DNA of 64,000 bases from Octopus sinensis. Lineage: Eukaryota. Location: contig NC_043011.1 of the NCBI RefSeq assembly GCF_006345805.1, forward strand, positions 12,412,464 through 12,476,463, read 5' to 3'. Under the pieces are notes generated by a model. That model was not told the origin of the DNA, made no database searches, and saw nothing but the letters and a program-made list of their open reading frames with translations. Made by a program: the position numbers and the translations under genes. Shown in pieces: positions 49,647 through 63,709 of this stretch; positions within the stretch are counted from its first letter, which is position 1; each line of letters opens with the position of its first letter.

Positions 49647-51965
49647 CTGTAGAAAACTATGTCTCACTTGACTCACAGTGTTTAAGTGGAAAGCGCTTTC
49701 AGATGTCCTCTTGATGTGGTACAATGGGGCAGTGACACCCATAACAGGTGTGGTATAAGGCATTTTAGTTAGATCCAGAGCTGGCTTGTATTAAATGTAT
49801 GATACAATTTTAACTCATTTTATCATGCTGATTTCAAACTTTGGCAAAAATCCATCAACTTGAACAGTAATGATTTGAACTCAGAGGCTTATCTAAAAGA
49901 TATTGCAAGGAATTTAGTTCAGCATTCTTTTCTGCCTGTCACTCCTTTTTACTATGTAGTTTTATTTTACAAAACATAAAACCAATATAAAAAGCACAAA
50001 ACAAGCCACTTAGCATTATTGGTTTATAAGTTGGCACCAACTCAAGAAAACATCATCATTATTAGCATATGCTTGGAGTATATCTTCTATTTCTTATATC
50101 ACAAAGAATAAAGTACATCTAATAAGATGTGCATACAAATTTTCATGATGAACAAATGGCTCTGATAACATTGCTATTTTTGGAATTTGTAAATATACTT
50201 ATTGTTAACCTGTTGATAACTTTACATAACTGATTGTAAACCATTCCATTTGTACTAATTAGAAGTATAATGATGAATGCATTCTTTATATTGCATATTT
50301 ATTTTAATTCAATAGCTAAGTAGGCTAATTTCTCAGCTTTTCAGCAGAATTTATCATGACATAAGAGTCACTTGGTATTAATTGTAAGTTTTGTCATTGA
50401 AAATGATACTTTGGATTGTTCTAAGTTGGTAATTGCACTGTTTGCTTTAGCTTACTGAGATATCTGCATAATCTTTTTCTGAGACAGACAGGTAATGGTT
50501 TCGTTAAATATTTTTTTCTGCTCAGATTTTTTTGTGCTATTTATACACAGTTATGCATGTATTTACAGTTTTATCATAGGATAAGAAGAAAAGAGAATTA
50601 GCGCTGAAGAGTGAAGCTCGGTACAAGATATTATTTTGAATGGAATTACATCCATTGTGACTGACTTAACAATTAAAATCAACTCATAACATATATCGGA
50701 CAACAGTATATATAACTATTAAAGAACTGCTATGCACATTATTTGAATATGTTAACATATTGTTTGAAAGTAATAATAAGAACCTAGGTTAGTTACACCT
50801 TGAGGATGGTGGTTCCATACCAATTGATCACTTATGGTCATTGTTTGCTAAGTTTGTCTCATAGTGCTAGTACATGCATATACAGCTGCATGTATGCACA
50901 CATACATGCGAGTACTGTCCAAATCTCCGACTAATCACATACAGCTAGCTGGCATTCAATTGGCGTATCAAGTTTCAGGCATTTTGATTGGCTTTTGGAT
51001 AGAAAATTCACAAAAAAGGTCACTTCTATTGATTTTTCAATGGCTTTGCGGGGTGACTGGGGAAATGTAAAGATGTGCACGACCACCCTTGAATGGTTTT
51101 GAATGACCATAGAAAGTGCGAGCCCTCTAACTGAAAAATTGTGGATTTGTATAAAGGACACACACGCAGACATTTTGCCGTTTATATATATAGAGAGATT
51201 AAGAAACTGAAAGAATTAACTTTTAGTTTCCTTGAAACATCGTCATTTCAGAACAGAACTAAGAAATAAACCATATAACATTATGGAAAATAAACATATG
51301 TAGTATTTTGGCTTTAACAAGAATTTAGAACTAAAATAATTAAAAACAAGAATTAAACTGCAAACGTTAATAACAAGTGCAGATACACAGTGCATGGCAT
51401 TGATATGTAGGCTGTGACATCCAACTGCTGCAATATAATAATACTGGTAAACAAGAAGTTCATAGCAATTGTTAATCTGTGATTACATGCACCTCATTAG
51501 TATTGCTTCTTGAACAAATTACCAACCATTTTTTGATGTGATCTGAAAAAAATCAAATATTCACCAAGTCTCCACTTGTAAGAATAAAATATCATCATGC
51601 AAAGGCAAAGAGTAACTATAGCAATGAGATTTAGCCAGTAATATTCAAAGAAAACAAATAGTAGTGCACTGTATAAACAAGAGTCGGTTCAATAAGAGGA
51701 GAAATTTTGAATAATTTGGAAGCCATACAAGATAACGTGGGTGTCGAGAATACAAATGGAATATCTAAGCTTTAAATCAACTATTAATGTCATTGTAATT
51801 AATAAACATTTTTTTACATTAAGATTTTATAATTATCTTCTCAAAAAGTATAATAAATTGTTACAGCATATATAATTCACATCTAAGTTATACACATTTA
51901 CATATCTACATACATACATATACATACACACACACAGACATGTACATACATACATACACACACAC

Positions 51966-52040
<75 letters not shown>

Positions 52041-53134
52041 CATACATGCACACACAGACAGATATAGACGAACGTTCATACTTTACAATTAAACAATCAA
52101 TGTAGGTGGATTGATTTTAAAGAATCAATAAATATTAACAAGTATTTCAGGTATTTCAAGTATGATGACAAAGAAGCTGTATTATAAATGTACAACATAC
52201 TGTTCGTAGATGTGTTGCTGACAAGTACTAGATAAGTCCTATTCCATTAGTAACCTATTTACTAATAGACACATGGCTGAGAGTGGTGTATTTCCAAGAG
52301 CTATAAACTGAAGAGTAAATCACTTCCGCATTCATATTCACTTTAGAATAAACCTGTCAGAAAGCATCTTGATATTCATGGTGTCACTAAGTTCATCAGG
52401 TAGCAATATTATGTTAGGCAAGGCCTGGGCCAAAATCTTAATTTTCAACAATTTCTTTTTACAGTTTTAGTAAAATTTGTGGCTAAAGTGTTACAATAAA
52501 ACATGTCATATAAAATTTGATAAAATTTATATTTGAATTTAATAGACAATTTTGTATTTTCTGACCAGTAAAGAATGTAATGTACTAAACTGGGTACTTT
52601 TAACTAAATGATGCTTTATTGCTCTGGATTCGAAACATGACTGATTGTTGTCAACAATATATGCACATAAGGTATGAATGTCACATAAAGTTCCATTGAA
52701 CAATTACTTAGCTCTATATATTGGCCTTTACATAACTGCTTTTGTTGATTCTATTAATAAATTCTAAAACCAGTTGATTCTAATAATCTTTCACGAGATC
52801 TGATACATATTTCCTATTTAACTAGATGAAGTAAAACATAGAATTTAATTTCCTCTCAGGAAATAAAGCAACATATATTAGATGACACATCCAGTCTCTA
52901 TATTTCTTTATTGCAAATTTGGCTCCGTTCCTTGTCAAAAGAAATTATTTTATAACTCTGAACTTTGTAAACATATTTCCAAGTCCCAAATAATTTGCAG
53001 CTGCAAAACAAATTTGAGATAAAAATCCAAGACAGAGTGGAAGAGCTTTCATCTGATTATCTGAAGGGTTGTAATGTTGATCAAAGTGTTTTTTGACAAT
53101 TTGACTGTAATCATTTTCACTTTTCACTCATTTT

Positions 53135-53625
53135 CAGGAAGATGGTCAGCAATGCCTTACTTCCCTGGGCATGGACACATTGAAACTCCGACATCTGGCA
53201 GCTGACTTGGCAGACACCCATAAAATTATTAACCATCTTACAAACAATAACTCTGACCACCTTTTCAAACTCCACCTGTCTAACACCCGTGGACATGTTT
53301 ACAAAGTCAGAAAACAGCACAGCTCCTATGACTTCCGGAAACATTTTTTCACGCTAAGAGTTGCTGAAGCATGGAACAAACTGCCGGCATCAGTTGTTAG
53401 TTGTCGGAGCACTGCATCCTTCAAAACTTCCATGCTTCCTGAGATTTGCCAACACTACACCTGATTTTCTCCCCTCCATACACATGCAAGCATGTATCTG
53501 ACTCATACACTATCCACTTTCCAGACATTTGTACATTACTGCATATGCTTTATATGCACTTTTGACAAGTTGTGGTGCACCTGAGCACTGTCTACAATAA
53601 TTTCATTATTATTATTATTATTTTT
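53135..53625 (+). mobile_element. CR1-clade LINE 3' end
   Basis: ORF 53171..53464 reads HKII...NTRGHVYKVRK...FRKHFFTLRVAEAWNKLPASVV....SFK, followed by an (ATT)n tail. Confidence 0.92.
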
Positions 53626-53876
53626 TATTTTAATGGGACTGATGTTCTTAATCACCCAACACATCCACCCCTTTTCCTTTTGTACACCACACTTCTTACA
53701 CTAATCCCTAAATCCTTCATTTCTCTGGAATTCCGCCTGCCCTTTCCTTTTATGGTCTCAGAGAGTCTGCAAAGGTTCTTTTCTCCTATAAAACCATCAA
53801 ATTTGTACAACAATAATGCTGATTGAGGAAACATTAGCATTAATTTCATTAAAGATCTTGTAACCAATCCTTAGAT

Positions 53877-54204
53877 CAGGGATTCTCAACCATTTTTTTT
53901 ATCTATGGACCCCTTTGATTATTATTTTATTCTGGTGAACCCCTGTAGCCAATCAATGTTTAAAACCTAGTTTTATAGAAATTTTCAAAATTCCTATTTT
54001 GTTTTTCGCACATTTACTTGTATAGGTTGAACTATGTAAAATGTCAAAGAAAGAAACCTAGCTGTTTCTTGCAATACATACCTATACATATATCTATAGC
54101 AAATTTTTTTCAGGGGCCCTTAAAATACTATTGTGGGTCCCCACTTATTATTTTGTTGTGTGGACCACAAAAAATCTTAAATGGACCCCAGTTGAGAACC
54201 ACTG
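53877..54204. mobile_element. hAT-type MITE
   Basis: TIRs CAGGGATTCTCAAC and GTTGAGAACCACTG. TSD poorly conserved. Confidence 0.75.
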
Positions 54205-55580
54205 TTTTTGATAGATCTCCAATATTTTCATCAATTGTGTAAACCTGACAACAAATATAGGATAATAAATAATATAACCATCAGCAAAATAATTAATTCT
54301 ATATTTAAAAAACAGTTTAGTCCAGCATTTTAACATAAGAGAGATCCCCTAAGTCAGGTTAAATTTGAGGAGATCATTCACCTGTGATTAACTTGAAATT
54401 AAGATTATATCTAGAATGATATATTAGTTTTACTTAATAAAAATAAACTTATGATGCTACTGAATACAGAATATGAGTGAAGTAAAGAGAGCCTACTTTT
54501 ATGAGAAACAGTTTCACAACCAGCTATAAAGATTACTCAAGAAATGTTGAATAAAATCAGCTTAAAACATGATTCCAATGAAAGCAATAGAGCTTTCACA
54601 GTTAGGTATAGAAATTTTAAAAGCATCAAGAAGAATTATACAAATTAGGAATAAAATCTGACTAGAATTTTAACCCTTTGTGACATTTCAATATAACTAT
54701 ATTTTTTTACCTTTTCATGGAGTGTGATAATTCTAGCTTTCTACCCACCTCTAAAACTTATTCCCCATTGCTAATGGATCACCTTTGTGATCTTCCAGTA
54801 CAGATCCTGCATATAGCATGTGCAAATATCCCTAGACTCTACTTAATTCAGATTGGAAAAGAAGACACTCTCATTATCAAGTAATATAAATGAACACTTA
54901 TCTAAAATTACAAAAATATAAAGAAGTATACAAGAGAAAATTACCACAGACTTACATTTGGTAATTAATTCATTTGCATATTTTGTAAATCATGAAACTA
55001 TTTGTTCAATTTTAAATAAATTCAATGCTCTATATCTAAAAAGCTTGGATATGTGAGATTGCAACAAAAAAAGTGAGAACAATTAGCAATGAATGACAGA
55101 TATTACAATACACGTCAATTTTAATTCATTGTAATAAACTACCTGAAGCCATTTGAAAGGAACAAACTGTGAACAATCTAATGAATAGCTAATGAAAAGA
55201 ATTTAAAACTTGAATGACTGGCTGAGTACAATTAAATTGAAATAATAGAAGAGAAGTAAATGTATTAATATGGATTGACATACGCTCAGTAGAAAGCTAT
55301 TGAGGGTACTTGTGAGAATGCATAAATAGACGTAGGCCAAATAAAAGCTTCCAAGACGAAAGTATCCGAAATACTAGAAGCTTTGGCTACACAAATTAGG
55401 TGCTATACAATGAAGTGCAAAGAAAATATGTAAATCTAGCCAACCCTTGTAATAGTGGAAAAATAGACAACGAAATGAGGATGATGATGATGATGATGAA
55501 GATGATAATGATTTGTGTGATTAAAGAAATTTTTTTGCACTTTCTTTAAAGATGATTGCATCAGTGGTATTTGCAGCACC

Positions 55581-55812
55581 AAAGGGCGGCAAGCTGGCAG
55601 AGACATTAGCGCACTGGGTGAAATGCTTAGCAGTATTTCGTCTGGCGTTACGTTCTGAGTTCAAATTTTGCCGAGGTCGACTTTGCCTTTCATCCTTCGG
55701 GGTCGATAAATTAAGTACCAGTTATGCACTGGGGTCGCTGCAATCGGCTTAATCCATTTGTCTGTCCTTGTTTGTCCCCTCTATATTTAGCCCCTTGTGG
55801 ATAATAAAGAAT
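55581..55812 (+). mobile_element. tRNA-derived SINE, family D
   Basis: Reverse complement of 33470-33699. Confidence 0.88.
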
Positions 55813-58800
55813 TTGCAGCACCATTAATGGAACTGATGTTCAAACTCATCCAGCATATTTGTTTCTCCTCTTTTCATTAATCCTACCTTGCCTCAGAATT
55901 CACACCCTAGACTCAGCCCCTCATCTCTTTGAAATTTCCCCTGCCCCTTCCTTCACTGGTCTCAGAGAACCCTTTCCACCAGACCAAAGCAAAAAAAAAA
56001 AAGGTGCAATAATATTGCTAATCTTAGAAAACTTATTATTACTTTCATCAAAGATCTGGCTCTTGGAGAACCTGCTAATGGTTGTTGAGAAAAGAAAGTG
56101 GAGGATTGAAAGGTTATTGCTATGGCTATCTCCATCGATGTTTAGATGTTTAGATGGTGGTGGTGGTGGTGGTGGTGGTGGTGATGACGAGGAGGAGGAG
56201 GAGGAGGAGGAGATAGATGGTACAGGTGTTGGTGGAAAGTTAAGGATGACAATGAGGTTGATTATGATGATTTTTTTAGGCTTCTAATATTTCTTTTAGT
56301 ACAAACCTCTCTAAGGAATTAAAACAGACCTATAGAGAGCAAATGGGACAGATCACCATTCTGCCAGAATGTTGACCAGTAAAGTAATCAATACACATGT
56401 ACATTGAAGACTTCGTAGCTCCTACACAGTACAAGGCTTATGAAGGTTGTGTTATTGTAGTGGCTAGGAACAGTAAAATATATCTCAAAGCTACAATACA
56501 CTATTTCTAGTAATATGTGAATATACAATCTACAGAATGTCCCCTATCCAGCCACGGCAGACAGAAAATGAGAAGGGAAGCTTAGAGTAATATTATGAGA
56601 TGGACTTCACTCAAACTCTTTACTTAACTGAAATACTCAAGGCTTTAAAATTATTAACCGAAGCTATAAAGTAGTTGGACAAGAAATATTATCAAAAATT
56701 ACTACTATCCAAGTGATATTGAAAGTTATTGTGATTATTGATTTCCCATTAATTGTGCAATGGTGTAGTAGAAACTGCAGAGTGCCAAAGTAAATGCCTT
56801 GCAGAATTTATTTTAATTCTTTGACATTATATTTTCAGTTCTTCTGCAGGTTTAACTTGGCTTTTTTGCTACTACGGTTAATAAAATATGTACCAGTTAC
56901 ATGCTAGTGTCAACTTCCTTGAATATATTTCTCAAGTAAAAATATGTTATCACTGTAGAAATGTGATTAATTGTTATTAACTTCAGTAATTTTAGAGAAC
57001 AACAAAAAAGATTCACGCAGTTACTCAACCTGTGAGTAACAGTATCAAAATTGCTCTTGAATAATAACTTATGGTTTTGAAAATGTGTTTGATACCCCTA
57101 AAATGTTAGCACAGCCTTGGCTAGAATGCCTGTAATCAGGACTAACTTGGGGTTAAAGAGCAAGAACAACAACAGGCCTTGATTTCATTATTAACTGATG
57201 ATTGTTTATTATAGGTAATATTAACACTGACAAGACAGTAAGCAAGCGAACAAGGGAGCCTCACCCAAATCTTTCTCAAATCACACCTTCATAAAGGACA
57301 CCATTCTAGAAATTAAGATGTGATGATCAATGTGGAATACTTTTAATCATAGGTCTATGTAATTAGCAATGACTAAGAACAAAAAAAACAGAAAACTGGT
57401 AATAATACTTTTTTCCAGCATGTTTAAGAACGGAAGAATGAAAAGAATTTATTTCATTGTGATGTTCTTTACGTTTTTAGAAATTGATTTAAATAAAAAT
57501 AAAAAATAAAAGAAATCAGCAGTAACAGTATGCAGTTCATTTGATGTTGTTGTTGTAATTATTAAGCACCATGTGATGTCAGGTCAAGCAGTCCTATGAT
57601 CAAAGATGCTTTTAGCTCTTGCCTTCTTAAAATTACAAGACGACGTTTTGAAGAGACCTGGGTGCTATTTCTAGCAGCTTCTTCACTGGTTTGTGTTGTT
57701 CCCTTTATATTCAAATGTTGCAGTGTACATTAAGGTCTCGCATTGAAGAACTACTCTATCGTTTCTAGGCACAAGGGTATAACTTGCTACAGCGATACCA
57801 GTTAAGAGTGTACCCAACACATTATCGACTAGAGACACAAGAATATCAATTAATTGTTCAAAATAGGTATCAGATTATTTGTGAATGTTTAGACTTGTTC
57901 CGTCATTTTTGGTGTGTGTGCAACAGCTAGTTCCTCATTGATCATATACACCTTCTATCAGGTGAATATATTCCTTAACTATAAGGAATTCTCACTACTA
58001 GTATAGTGTTTGAGAATTTCATATAACTAAGGGGTGCCAAAAATTTTGAACAATAAACAAAACAATTTGTGACTTACACTCTCTCACCTGCACTGTGTAC
58101 TGTGCGAGAGTGGGACCGAACGTGGCACAGCTCACTAGTTGCTACAGTTACAGGTATGCAACAGGTGTACAATTGACAAATAATGTATTAAGGCTGGGTG
58201 TTTGGTAAATTCTATCTCACTTCAAAATGCATCTGTTATTAACAAAATGTTAGTGGGGATGCGAGTCTTTTGGATTAGTTGCTATAGAGTTTTGTGAATA
58301 AGAATGTATAAAATTTGATGGTGAAATTGAAACAGCAGAAAGATTCTCAATTTGATGAAAGATTTTCAATGGTAAAAAAAAATGTTTGAAACTTTCAAAT
58401 AATTAGAAATATTTATGATAAATGTAAATATATATTTATTTATTTCATATCATAATCCTAAAATTAATTACTTCACTTTTAATAACATGAAGTATTCATC
58501 AGTGGTGAGCTTTAGGCTATTTGAGGAGTAAAAGAAATAGCCATAAAATGGAATGAAATTAGAATTGCAGCTAAGCTGCTTGCCATTCATCATAAATAAA
58601 AACTTATGAAGTGAAAACTATGTGGTATGTACATGTTTACAAGATGTTATGGTTCAATGTATACTTTTTTTAATGCAGAAATCTCTGTGGAATTTCAATT
58701 AATAGGACTGACTGATATATAAAATCGTACCAGTTCATTTGCTAAAAGACTTTTATTGATGAATGAAATTAATTAACAGCATTTATATACTTTGTCAACA

Positions 58801-59161
58801 AATTTATAAATTAGAATATACTGGCAGAACAGAAGAAATGATAATTAAAATTTATATCTAATAACAATTCCGCAACGTCTATACTTGTAAAATATCAAAA
58901 AGAAGCTGAAATCTAAAAAATATTTGGTACCTATATCCACAACACTTCCTCTGCCACAATCAATTTTCATATTACCAAATATCTTCAAATTAATTGATGT
59001 TAAAAGAATGGTATATTTTAAGTTATAAATCATTAAGTTTTCTATATGAAAAAATTAAGTGCATTTTTTTAGCACAAACTTAATTGATATATTGATCTGT
59101 TTTTCTTCCTAGTATATTTTTTATTAAAGATTGAAATGATGAATGATGAAAAAAATCTTAC

Positions 59162-59209
59162 CTTTGCCAGAATGAATACCGCTGTTTTGGTACTCTCAGT
59201 GCACTGGTA
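59162..59209 (-). CDS. Candidate 48-nt exon (phase 0-0, YQCTESTKTAVFILAK)
   Basis: Donor AAG|GTAAGA and acceptor cctcgggtccttag. Locally GC-richer than the flanks and in phase with 61426-61586. Confidence 0.35.
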
Positions 59210-59844
59210 CTAAGGACCCGAGGTAGGACAACTTTAGAGTAATTAGGATTCTCCATTTAGGAATATCTATGGTATGTGTTTTATAATAGTTTCCCAAATA
59301 TCATGCCCGATTAAAGTTGCATATAAACAGGTTATATAAAATATTTCTCAAGCTCAATTTTTCTACATTTTCTTTTCTTTTAAGCAAATTGTATCAACAA
59401 TTTATTTACTGCATTTAATAAATAATATTTATTCTACAAATATTTTGTAAACTTCATGTAAACTGCTAGAATAAAAAGTTTAAATATTTAATAATCTTAT
59501 GAAAAATACTACATACAAACATATATAGTAATTGTGTGTGTGTATGTGTATGTGTGTCTGTATGCATATATGTATTTGTGCATTAACATGTGCAACAGCT
59601 AAAGAAAATATAAGTATTCAACATAGCTATTGGAAAGCAAATGCTTTTTGAATACTGACTTATATATATAAATATATATACATATATATATGTATAAAAG
59701 AAATGGTTATGAGGAGTCCTGTTGATAAATAAGATTGAAAGTGCTGTCAAACAGTAATGAATTCTGATTTAGCATCCATATACACACACCCTGTAATGCT
59801 GTATTCCTTGAAAACACAGTAAATATTTCTATTTAAAATCAGAC

Positions 59845-59941
59845 CTATCTTGGCTTCTTTCCTTTTTGCTCAGCTAGTCGCAAATGCTGTTCTCTTATGA
59901 AATAATACATCAATACTAACATGAAAGTTAGTAGGCCACAG
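59845..59941 (-). CDS. Candidate alternative terminal exon (CGLLTFMLVLMYYFIREQHLRLAEQKGKKPR*)
   Basis: Acceptor caatgtttgcag. Encodes a hydrophobic stretch, a basic tail and a KKxx end. Needs a phase-2 upstream exon such as 60360-60388. Confidence 0.2.
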
Positions 59942-61425
59942 CTGCAAACATTGTTACAACTACTGCTGCTACAGTTTATTTAGTCTCTCTCGGAGTCTAG
60001 GCAATGTTCCTGCCGTTGCTGCTGCTGTTATTGCTGCTGTTGCTCTGCTATTACTACTACTACTGCTCTTACTGGTGTTGTTACTGCTTGATTTATCTTC
60101 TCCTCCAATAGCACTGGATTTTCTTTTCATTTTCCTTCTTGTCTTATTTCCCACCTCAAACTACTATATCAGTACACGAAGAGACAACCTTTATAAAATA
60201 ATTTCCTACTCTCAGTAGACACAAAAACTTTCTTTACACCAAAGACAAGAAATTATTTAGAACATCTGTTTTACTCTCTTCTATGTTATGTGATTTGGGA
60301 AAGGTATACAGAAGTGGTTCAATTAGAAAAGAAAAAAGAATGCAAGAGTAATTACTTACTTGTACAAACTATTTCTTGTCTTATTATACTAAATATCAAA
60401 CTAAAAAAAACAAAAGTTCAAGAAAAATTCACTTTCCTTTGTAAGTAAAAATAAAAGTAGAAATATCAAAAGATATTCTATGAGGCAAAGCAAATCTTGT
60501 TGGCTTCAAACCTTAGCACCACCACTTTTACCTCATGCAACTGATAGCTTATATTACCATTTTCTTACTTATATACAAACGCATCACTCTGTAGAATAAT
60601 CCACTTATGCCCTTAACTTTGATGGTTAAAACACTAAAAGAATTAAACAAAATATAAAATACTACAGAACACTAGCATTATTAATCATGTAAAAGAAACG
60701 GTTCTCTGTTTGGATGTCTTTTAAGTGTGACTCTTCATTTGTATGTGGAACTAATGTGCAATTTATAAAGATTCTTAGAAGAGAGAAATGTAAGTTGTCT
60801 ATCATTATTGAAAGCTATATTAAATACCAACAATCATTTCTGTTCTGGCCTCTTGCAATATACCTGAGCTGAAAACATGGGGGAAAAATGAAGGTTGAAA
60901 AGTATAGTAGTAAAATAGTAAAATATATATTTCCACCAAATATAATTATAGAATTTAAATGGTAAATATGGAAATAGATGCTCGAGAATTGAAGAGAAAA
61001 CTTAATGGGACAGAGGGTATACAACACTTGGGGCAATGTTCTGAATTCCTTTTAGCATTATAGGAGGCACTGAATGACATTAACTTTTTCTAAGATAACG
61101 TTGTTGCCTTTGATATGGTATCAGGCTGGTTTCTTGGTATTAATTTGATGTAAGATTAACTGCCATATCTGTAAACTAACTGTAGACCAACTCACATGAC
61201 TGTACACTAACTTCTATCTGTAAACTTTCAAAGCTGCCACTGCTGCTACCACTGCCACTATCATCATCATCATCATTGCTATCCTTCATTATTATTTTCA
61301 TTATTGTTCAGTTTTTAAGGGAAAGCTGATATAGTTGATAGTATCATTTTCAGAATATTAATGGTGTCTATTCTATTGAACCTAAGATTTGAACTCAGGA
61401 CTTCAACAGCATAAAGTTACTCTAC

Positions 61426-61586
61426 CTTTTCTTGCAACTTATTGCCCTCATCCATCTTAATACTGTCCCTATCTACAAGAGTTTTAGTTTGTTGAATAAT
61501 TTCTTTGTAAATCTTATATATCAGCTCTGCATTTCCCTTAAGTGGTATATCACATATAACTGGTCTAATCTTTGTTAACAATAACG
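61426..61586 (-). CDS. Candidate 161-nt coding exon (phase 1-0, LLLTKIRPVICDIPLKGNAELIYKIYKEIIQQTKTLVDRDSIKMDEGNKLQEK)
   Basis: Branch-like CTAAT and acceptor ttaacag; donor AAG|GTAGAG. 53 open codons in very AT-rich DNA (ORF 61417..61629). Confidence 0.5.
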
Positions 61587-63032
61587 CTGTTAATTTAATC
61601 ATTAGGGAAACACATTTCCCAATAAACAATTGTTCATTTCGGTATTATATTTATGTTTTTTTTATATTTTGTATTTATTACATTGTCACAGTTACAATTC
61701 TTGATTTACACCAGTGAACATGAGAAGTAGATTTTTCATAATGCATCTATACCACTACATGGTTAATCAATTTGCTAGAAATAGCAGCAATATCTCTCTT
61801 CAATCTCACTACATTATCACAGGAAAAAAAATGCCATCCTATATATTCATAAAAAGATGGAATGATCATGGCTGGAATGCATTTGATGATAGGTTTGTTT
61901 GGTCAATTTGACTTGGGTCTAAACAATAATTTATCAGTGCCTTTTCTTCTTTCCAGTTGTGTATTCAAGTTCAGTCGTAAAGGAAAATGATGACAATGGG
62001 TTGTAAGGCAGAGTGACGGTATTATGCTGAACAACATGTCATAAGAGGAAAGTACATCTATATAACAATGTAACTGTATTTAATTAAAGAAAGAAAAATT
62101 GCTTAGAAAATATTAATAAAGGAGGTTATTCAACAAATATAGAATTCAGGTTAAGTGTGCCAACTGTCAATAATGTATCAAATACATGTTACCAGGCCAA
62201 CAGAGAAATTTTCTGGTGAAATTGATCTAATAGGAGTCAGTAAAGAAAAGCAATTTAAGGGGAGTGTTTAGACACTCTGATAAAGAAATAACAGTAAGAC
62301 TCTCATGTAAGAAATCGCATTAAGCAGTTGTGTGTTGTTCCTGATAACTATCAATAACTGTTTCAAGGGTATGGCTGAATGGTCACAAAGAATTTGAGTT
62401 AGAGGACCAGACAATGGAAATGGTAGTCGTAGTAATGCTCAGCAGTACCTTAAGCAGTGCTATGGCTGGAATATGTATGGGTATTTTGTGTGTGTGTGAA
62501 GAGATTATATGATGAATATTTGACAAGTATGAAAGGGAAATGTAGGCAAGGAAAGCAGATGGGCTGCAACAACAAAAGAACAAATTATAAATGATATATT
62601 GATTGTAAGTGAATTATAAGACTGATTATTAAAATATAGAAATCTGTTGGTATTTTGGATTGCTTTAAGTATAAGATTAGTAAAGCAACCCTAATCTTCT
62701 CACGAAGAGAAAAGAAAAGAAAAATGGGACAGAAAAGCAGAAGAAAAGACAGAGAAAGAAAAGTGAGAGAGGAAAGGATGTCTGCAGACAGGGCAAGTAT
62801 ATGTCCAGACATCTAAAGAGAAAAACAGCAATTAAAAATACAGGTGTTGAAATAAAAATTGAAAGAAAGGTATATTTGAGAAAAACTACGGAAAAACCAC
62901 ATGTGGGAAGCGAAAGGGTGCTATAAACTGATTATAGATAGAGAAAAAAAGTGAAGGTAGATAATAGAAGGGTCAGGTGATATTTCAAAATCAATTTAGA
63001 CACACATGTGGATATATGTTGATATATATAAT

Positions 63033-63433
63033 GGATGTTTTCCGTTTGAACGGCAGTTTTTTAAAATAATTTCCACGTAACTAAACGCTTTTAAACTTCG
63101 TATACTGGTAGAATCTGTTTATAAAACATCTTTTTCTCTTGGCTTTATTGAGATAGTTTGTAAGATATTTGTTGTTGTTTTTCTTCAATTTCTGCAATTT
63201 CAACCAATCAATGACATCTATTGAGGTGAAAACATTCTGTGCCGTATGAAAATGTTCCTCGTTTAAGAAACAGATTGGGTTTATTTACATTTCTGAAGAA
63301 AAAAAGATATCCTTCCCCCACCTCTAACCCTAACCCTAACCCCAAAATAGATTGAAATGCAATAGATCGATACTAGGGTCATAATTATGGGTGACAATTT
63401 CATATGACACTTCTGTTCAAACCGAAAAGATCC
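63033..63433. mobile_element. 8-bp-TSD MITE with internal (CCCTAA)n
   Basis: TSD TATATAAT at 63025-63032 and 63434-63441. Confidence 0.95.
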
Positions 63434-63538
63434 TATATAATTAACAATGAAACTGATGATGTTGATCTATTTCGTGACTACAGCCCTCAGAAACTGGTAG
63501 AAGATCAATGTTAAAATATACCATTTGTGTATTCTTAC

Positions 63539-63562
63539 ATTTCAAGATTACAATATTGTTAT
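63539..63562 (-). CDS. Candidate 24-nt micro-exon (phase 1-1, NNIVILK)
   Basis: Acceptor gtatttcttgttctag and donor AAT|GTAAGA. Joins 61586 in frame (T+CG = Ser). Confidence 0.4.
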
Positions 63563-63709
63563 CTAGAACAAGAAATACAACACCTATATAATACTATGCA
63601 TTAATTATCCAAAAGAAAATGTTTATAGATAACTACTAAGAGGCTTGCATGTCTAAATTTTACATTTACATTTATATATACAGTAACTGAGAAATTAAGC
63701 AAGGTAATT

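Noticed and set aside
50451-50640. Plus-strand exon candidates (LLRYLHNLFLRQT; IRRKRELALKSEAR)
   Set aside because: Good splice signals but incompatible phases; joining them gives an immediate stop.
52320-52470. 42-codon minus-strand frame KILAQALPNIILLPDELSD...
   Set aside because: No credible acceptor or donor; compatible with chance.
58028-58060. Tc1-like TIR (AGGGGTGCCAAAAATTTTGAAC)
   Set aside because: No partner TIR or transposase remnant was found, so it is too weak to call.
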